Origin: Candidatus Poribacteria bacterium
GTDB taxonomy: Bacteria; Poribacteria; WGA-4E; PCPOR2b
NCBI GenBank assembly: GCA_965215015.1
Contig: OZ244042.1
Span: forward strand, 128,001 to 192,000
DNA length: 64,000 nt
Direction of reading: 5' to 3'
Below are positions 59,568 to 64,000 of this stretch, piece by piece (positions within the stretch are counted from its first letter, which is position 1; each line of letters begins with the position of its first letter). A program made the translations under genes and the position numbers. The notes beneath the pieces were generated by a model. That model was not told where the DNA came from. It saw only the letters and a list, made by a program, of their open reading frames with translations, and searched no databases.

Positions 59568-61427
59568 ATGGCTGATAGCAATGCCACCGAAGATATCCAA
59601 GAATTTGAGTATAAGGCAGAGATGAAACAACTTCTACATCTCATTATTCACTCACTTTATACCCACCCTGAAGTCGCCATCCGCGAACTCATCTCCAATG
59701 CTTCCGATGCGTTGCACAAAATCCGATTCAGGCAGTTGACAGACAAAAATATCCTGAACCCCGACGCCCCTTTAAGGATTGCCATCGCTGTCAATGCTAA
59801 TGCACAGATGTTTTCGATTACGGATACAGGTATCGGCATGACAAAGGACAATTTGACCGAAAGGATTGGCACCGTTGCCAGTTCGGGAACACTAGAGTTT
59901 TTGGAGCAGGTGAAGGAAGGGGACAAACCTTTCGACGCTAACCTGATCGGTCAGTTCGGCATCGGTTTTTATTCGGTGTTTATGCTCACGAATCAAATCA
60001 CAATTGAAACGCGCCACGCAAATACCGACTCAAAGGGATTCCGATGGCAGTCAACGGGTGAGGGCAAATTCACCATCAAGGAGATTGATCGCCCACAGAG
60101 AGGCACCCAAATCTCTTTCAAGCTGAAGGACGAGTTCAAGGAATTTAGCGAATCATATCGCGTTGAGCAGGTCATCACGAAATACTCTAATTTTGTCGAT
60201 TTTCCCGTTTCCGTCAATGGAAAGCAGGTGAACACCGTCAGTGCTTTGTGGCATAAGAACAGGAATGAAGTGACGGAGGAGGAGCGGAATGAATTCTATA
60301 AATTTATATCTAACGACCTCAATCCGCCGCTCGGGCACCTGCACCTCTCTCTTGAAGGGCGCGTGAATTTCAAAGCACTGATGTTTATACCTGAAACACC
60401 ACCGCTCAGATTACTCAGGGAGGAAGACCTGAGTTCGCTGCACCTCTATTCAAGCAAGGTGTTTATCCAAGACGATTGCAAGGAGCTGCTGCCTGAATAC
60501 CTTCGATTTATATCAGGGATAGTGGATACCGAGGATCTGCCCTTGAATGTGTCCCGCGAGGTGACACAATCGAGTCCCATCATGGCGCGTATCCGGGAAA
60601 CCTTAACGGGGCGGGTGCTCTCGCTCTTGGAAGACTGGGCGAAAAATGACGTAGAGAAGTATGGGAAATTTTTCAGGAATCTCGGGTTGCTCTTCAAGAC
60701 TGGACTCAGTTCAGATTTCGCCAACAGAGATCGACTGCGGGACCTCTTGCGATTTGAATCAACCAAAACCGAAAGCGGCAAGTTTACCTCGCTAAAGGAT
60801 TATGTTGCTGGGATGCCGGAAGATCAGAAGGAGATTTATTACCTGTCAGGTGATAATAGAGATGCGGTAGAGCGGAATCCAAATTTGGAATATTTCAAGA
60901 AGGGGGGAGTTGAGGTGTTGTTCTTCATCGATCCTGTCGATCTGTTCAATAGTCCCCACCTGCTTGAATATGAGGATAAACCGCTGAAAAGTATTGAAAA
61001 GGCGGATATAGATCTCAAGACGGACGAAGAAAGCCAAGATGAAACCTTAACCGAGGATGTCGGTCTGATTTCTGTTTTCAAGGAGACTCTCGGTGATAAA
61101 GTAGAGGACGTGGTCGCCTCCAAAAGATTGGTTGATTCAGCGGCAACCTTGGTTGTCGGAGCAGAGGGTATGGACACACACATGGAGCGGATGATGAAAA
61201 TGATGAACCAGGATTTCACCGGTTCCAAACGCATCTTGGAGCTCAATTTTTCCCATCCCTTAATAAAGAATCTCGCACAACTCAACCAGAACCAGGGCGA
61301 TGAAACTCTCATCAAGAGTTGTATTTTTCAGCTTTACGAAGGCGCATTGCTAGTTGACGGGAATACTGTAGACCCCCCCACATTTGTCGCTCGGATGACG
61401 GAGATTATGGAACGAGCAACAAGTTGA
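59568..61427 (+). CDS. htpG: Chaperone HtpG (Hsp90)
   Basis: RELISNASDA, DTGIGM, IGQFGIGFYS, LPLNVSRE. Confidence 0.97.
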   Translation: MADSNATEDIQEFEYKAEMKQLLHLIIHSLYTHPEVAIRELISNASDALHKIRFRQLTDKNILNPDAPLRIAIAVNANAQMFSITDTGIGMTKDNLTERIGTVASSGTLEFLEQVKEGDKPFDANLIGQFGIGFYSVFMLTNQITIETRHANTDSKGFRWQSTGEGKFTIKEIDRPQRGTQISFKLKDEFKEFSESYRVEQVITKYSNFVDFPVSVNGKQVNTVSALWHKNRNEVTEEERNEFYKFISNDLNPPLGHLHLSLEGRVNFKALMFIPETPPLRLLREEDLSSLHLYSSKVFIQDDCKELLPEYLRFISGIVDTEDLPLNVSREVTQSSPIMARIRETLTGRVLSLLEDWAKNDVEKYGKFFRNLGLLFKTGLSSDFANRDRLRDLLRFESTKTESGKFTSLKDYVAGMPEDQKEIYYLSGDNRDAVERNPNLEYFKKGGVEVLFFIDPVDLFNSPHLLEYEDKPLKSIEKADIDLKTDEESQDETLTEDVGLISVFKETLGDKVEDVVASKRLVDSAATLVVGAEGMDTHMERMMKMMNQDFTGSKRILELNFSHPLIKNLAQLNQNQGDETLIKSCIFQLYEGALLVDGNTVDPPTFVARMTEIMERATS

Positions 61428-61506
61428 TGTGGATTCTAATATGACAAGCAGCACCCCTATCCATCGGGGCTATACTTATGTGTGGGAGGTTTTGAAGGAG
61501 AAGTTA

Positions 61507-62580
61507 ATGAACGCAAAAATTACCGTGATACCCGGAGATGGGATCGGTCAAGAAGTCACAGCCGAGGCTATTCGGGTATTAAATACTATCCAAGATAAAT
61601 ATGGGCATCGCTTTGAGTACGAATATGGACTTCTCGGCGGATGCGCGATCGATGAAACCGGCACAGCACTGCCTGAAGAGACATTAGATCTCTGCCGAAC
61701 ATCCGATGCAATCTTATTTGGTGCAGCGGGAGGCCCGCAGTGGGAAGATGTCCCAAGCGCAGAACGCCCCGAACGCGCTGTCGGCACAGTTCGCAAAGAA
61801 CTTGACCTTTTTGTAAACCTCCGCCCGATTCGTGGCAGAAAAGCGTTAGCACCCGTCATGCCGGTGAAGGATGAGATTATCGGTGAGGGACTGGATTTTA
61901 TCGTGATTCGTGAGTTGGCCGGTGGTTTATACTACGGCGAGCCTCGCGGCATTGAGACACATCCAGATGGAGAGCGCGGATGCAATACACTTGCTTACAC
62001 GACGCGAGAGATCGATCGGGTCGTGCGCGCCGGTTTTGAACTTGCACGGAAACGCTCTAAAAAACTAACATCCGTGGCGAAGGAAAACATGCTGGAAAGT
62101 TCAAAACTCTGGCGAGAAGTTGCAACAAAGGTGGGGCAGGATTATCCCGATGTCGAATTGAATCATATCCTAGTTGATGCATGTGCCTATCATCTCATCC
62201 GAAATCCGAGCCAATTTGATGTCATGGTGACGGGAAATATTTTCGGAGACATCCTCACCGACGAAGCGGGCGTGTTGGTCGGTTCACTCGGTATGTGCCC
62301 GTCGGCAAGCTACGGGTACACCAAGCAAGGCTTCTACGAGCCAATTCACGGCACCGCGCCGGACATCACCGGGCAAGGGGTTGCCAATCCGATTGGGGAG
62401 ATTTTGTCCGCAGCCCTTTTGCTTCGACACTCCTTCAATCTTGATAGGGAGGCTTCGGATATTGAAAACGCCGTTGACCGTGCAATCGACAAAGGATTCC
62501 GCACAATTGATATTCAGCAGCCGGGGCTGAAAACGGTTGGCACTGTCGAAATGACAAACGCCATTATTGCTGAAATTTGA
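61507..62580 (+). CDS. leuB: 3-isopropylmalate dehydrogenase
   Basis: PGDGIG, NLRP, RELAGGLYYG, NIFGDILTDE, EPIHGTAPDI. Confidence 0.92.
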   Translation: MNAKITVIPGDGIGQEVTAEAIRVLNTIQDKYGHRFEYEYGLLGGCAIDETGTALPEETLDLCRTSDAILFGAAGGPQWEDVPSAERPERAVGTVRKELDLFVNLRPIRGRKALAPVMPVKDEIIGEGLDFIVIRELAGGLYYGEPRGIETHPDGERGCNTLAYTTREIDRVVRAGFELARKRSKKLTSVAKENMLESSKLWREVATKVGQDYPDVELNHILVDACAYHLIRNPSQFDVMVTGNIFGDILTDEAGVLVGSLGMCPSASYGYTKQGFYEPIHGTAPDITGQGVANPIGEILSAALLLRHSFNLDREASDIENAVDRAIDKGFRTIDIQQPGLKTVGTVEMTNAIIAEI

Positions 62581-63092
62581 TCCAATTCGTGAAGTGCAAG
62601 AGCCTGCATACCTCTTTTATGAGATAGGCTGCTCATGTAATTATACAGTTCGCGTTTTATCCAGATGTACGATTGTCATACTCAGGAAGTTCTGGAGGAA
62701 AGGAATGGCATCGTTTATGAGTTCAATGAGATTGTCTTTCGTGCGAACCACTAACCTCGCTTCGATTTGGGCACCTGCTCAAAATCTGGTAGTCTTTGAA
62801 ACGAAAATTGGATATAATCCGATTCGTCAGAATAGAAGGGTTACAGCACACGGAGTATGCCTACTACTAGCAATTGGGGTCATAATAACGCAGGTTGCTA
62901 GTAGCGAAAATCCATCGGTTTGCCGTTAAAACTGAGAGACTCTACCTTTTGCTCCAGAGGAGCGATATGTTTATAGAACGGCGATAAGTTCAATCCCCGC
63001 ACTCCAGTAGAGCAACGGAATCGGGCCTGGTGCCTCCCCCTGCTTGCCGGGGGACTGAGGGGGGTAGTAGCTGCAAGGAGATCTTTTTCGGT

Positions 63093-63725
63093 ATGACAAA
63101 ACTTCGCAGAGAATATACCGACGCCGGCCTGGATGAGCAGGACCTAGATGCGAATCCCTTTAAGCAGTTTGAGAAGTGGTTTCAACAGGCAATTGATGCA
63201 AAACTTGATCTGCCGGACGCGATGACGCTGGCAACGGCGACGAAGGATAGTATACCTTCGGCAAGGATTGTACTGCTCAGGGGGCTTGACGAGCGAGGCT
63301 TCGTTTTTTATACGGACTACGAAAGCCAAAAGGGGAAAGAGCTTGCGGAAAATCCGAATGCAGCACTGGTTTTTTACTGGCGTGAACTAGATCGGCAGGT
63401 GCGTGTCACCGGGCAGGTGAGCAAGGTTTCGCGTGAAAACTCCAACAACTATTTTCAGAGCAGACCCGTTGAAAGCCGTTTGGCTGCGTTGGCGTCAAGA
63501 CAGACCGAAGTTATTGCTGACCGACAGGTGCTGGAAAATCAATTCAATCAGTTAGCAGAACAATATCAGGACAAAGAGATTCCACTGCCATCAGATTGGG
63601 GGGGGTACCGTTTATCCCCCAACATGATCGAGTTTTGGAGTGGGCGCCCAAGTCGCCTGCATGACCGTCTTCGCTACACCCGCCAACCCGATAATGATTG
63701 GCGGATTGAGAGAATTTCGCCGTGA
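63093..63725 (+). CDS. pdxH: Pyridoxamine 5'-phosphate oxidase
   Basis: LRREY, ARIVLL, FYT, RQVRV, EFW.GRPSRLHDR. Confidence 0.96.
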   Translation: MTKLRREYTDAGLDEQDLDANPFKQFEKWFQQAIDAKLDLPDAMTLATATKDSIPSARIVLLRGLDERGFVFYTDYESQKGKELAENPNAALVFYWRELDRQVRVTGQVSKVSRENSNNYFQSRPVESRLAALASRQTEVIADRQVLENQFNQLAEQYQDKEIPLPSDWGGYRLSPNMIEFWSGRPSRLHDRLRYTRQPDNDWRIERISP

Positions 63726-63784
63726 CACCTTTCCTCGAATCAGTCCTCCTAGTTAAATGCTAGTTAAATGAGGCTACTTACAAA

Positions 63785-63943
63785 GTAGTAGGCACACTGC
63801 GCGCCCTAAACCACACAACCGTTATGATATATGGCTAGGCTAACACCCAACTCTTGCGCCTCCCCCTGCTTGCGGGGGGACCGAGGGGGGTTGAGTTGAC
63901 CAATGGCTCTCGCCCACTCGTAGTAGCGCAATTTATTGCGCGT
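63785..63943 (+). repeat. Cluster of three repeat families (GTAGTAGGCA hairpin, C/G palindrome, GTAGTAGCGC REP)
   Basis: Matches the families seen elsewhere in the window. Confidence 0.75.
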
Positions 63944-64000
63944 CGAATGCCACCAGCCTCTAATTTTTTGTAGATCTATACCAGCCTTTTACGTCTCCGT

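Noticed and set aside
62567-62929. 120-aa ORF after leuB
   Set aside because: Overlaps the leuB end, includes a hairpin repeat and has no recognisable motif.
1-64000. tRNA/rRNA genes, prophage, intact transposase or integrase
   Set aside because: None recognisable by eye; a covariance-model scan would be needed to exclude small RNAs.

Overview
Bacterial window of about 50% GC. The gene mix (PhyH dioxygenase, giant YCF48/BNR lipoprotein, internalin-type LRR remnant, DUF4159, many short palindromic repeats) resembles Candidatus Poribacteria or a similar uncultured diderm, but this taxonomy is inference. Bases 1-13.4 kb form an iron island: hmuV-hmuU-hmuT, hmuY, a small Cys/His protein, a degenerate CcsA-like gene, a TonB-dependent receptor, a PepSY-TM protein, an IsdG-like monooxygenase, a Rieske ferredoxin, bacterioferritin and a porin-imelysin-DHOR operon, with Fur-like boxes. 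Next come an RsbU/V/W-type partner-switching module, assorted catabolic enzymes, an orphan anti-sigma/RseB pair, a 1354-aa YCF48 lipoprotein, a sigma54-type promoter driving a TonB-like-anchored DUF4159 protein, a stand-alone EF-G, an orphan DUF1156 methylase and housekeeping genes (purN, murA, hisD, htpG, leuB, pdxH). The most unusual signal is non-coding. A GTAG-type REP hairpin (GTAGTAGCGCAATTCATTGCGCGT, 14 copies, all on the + strand) repeatedly sits beside duplications of adjacent gene 3' ends. One 5-copy array carries gene-end copies that differ almost only at synonymous sites, in a polar gradient away from the gene.
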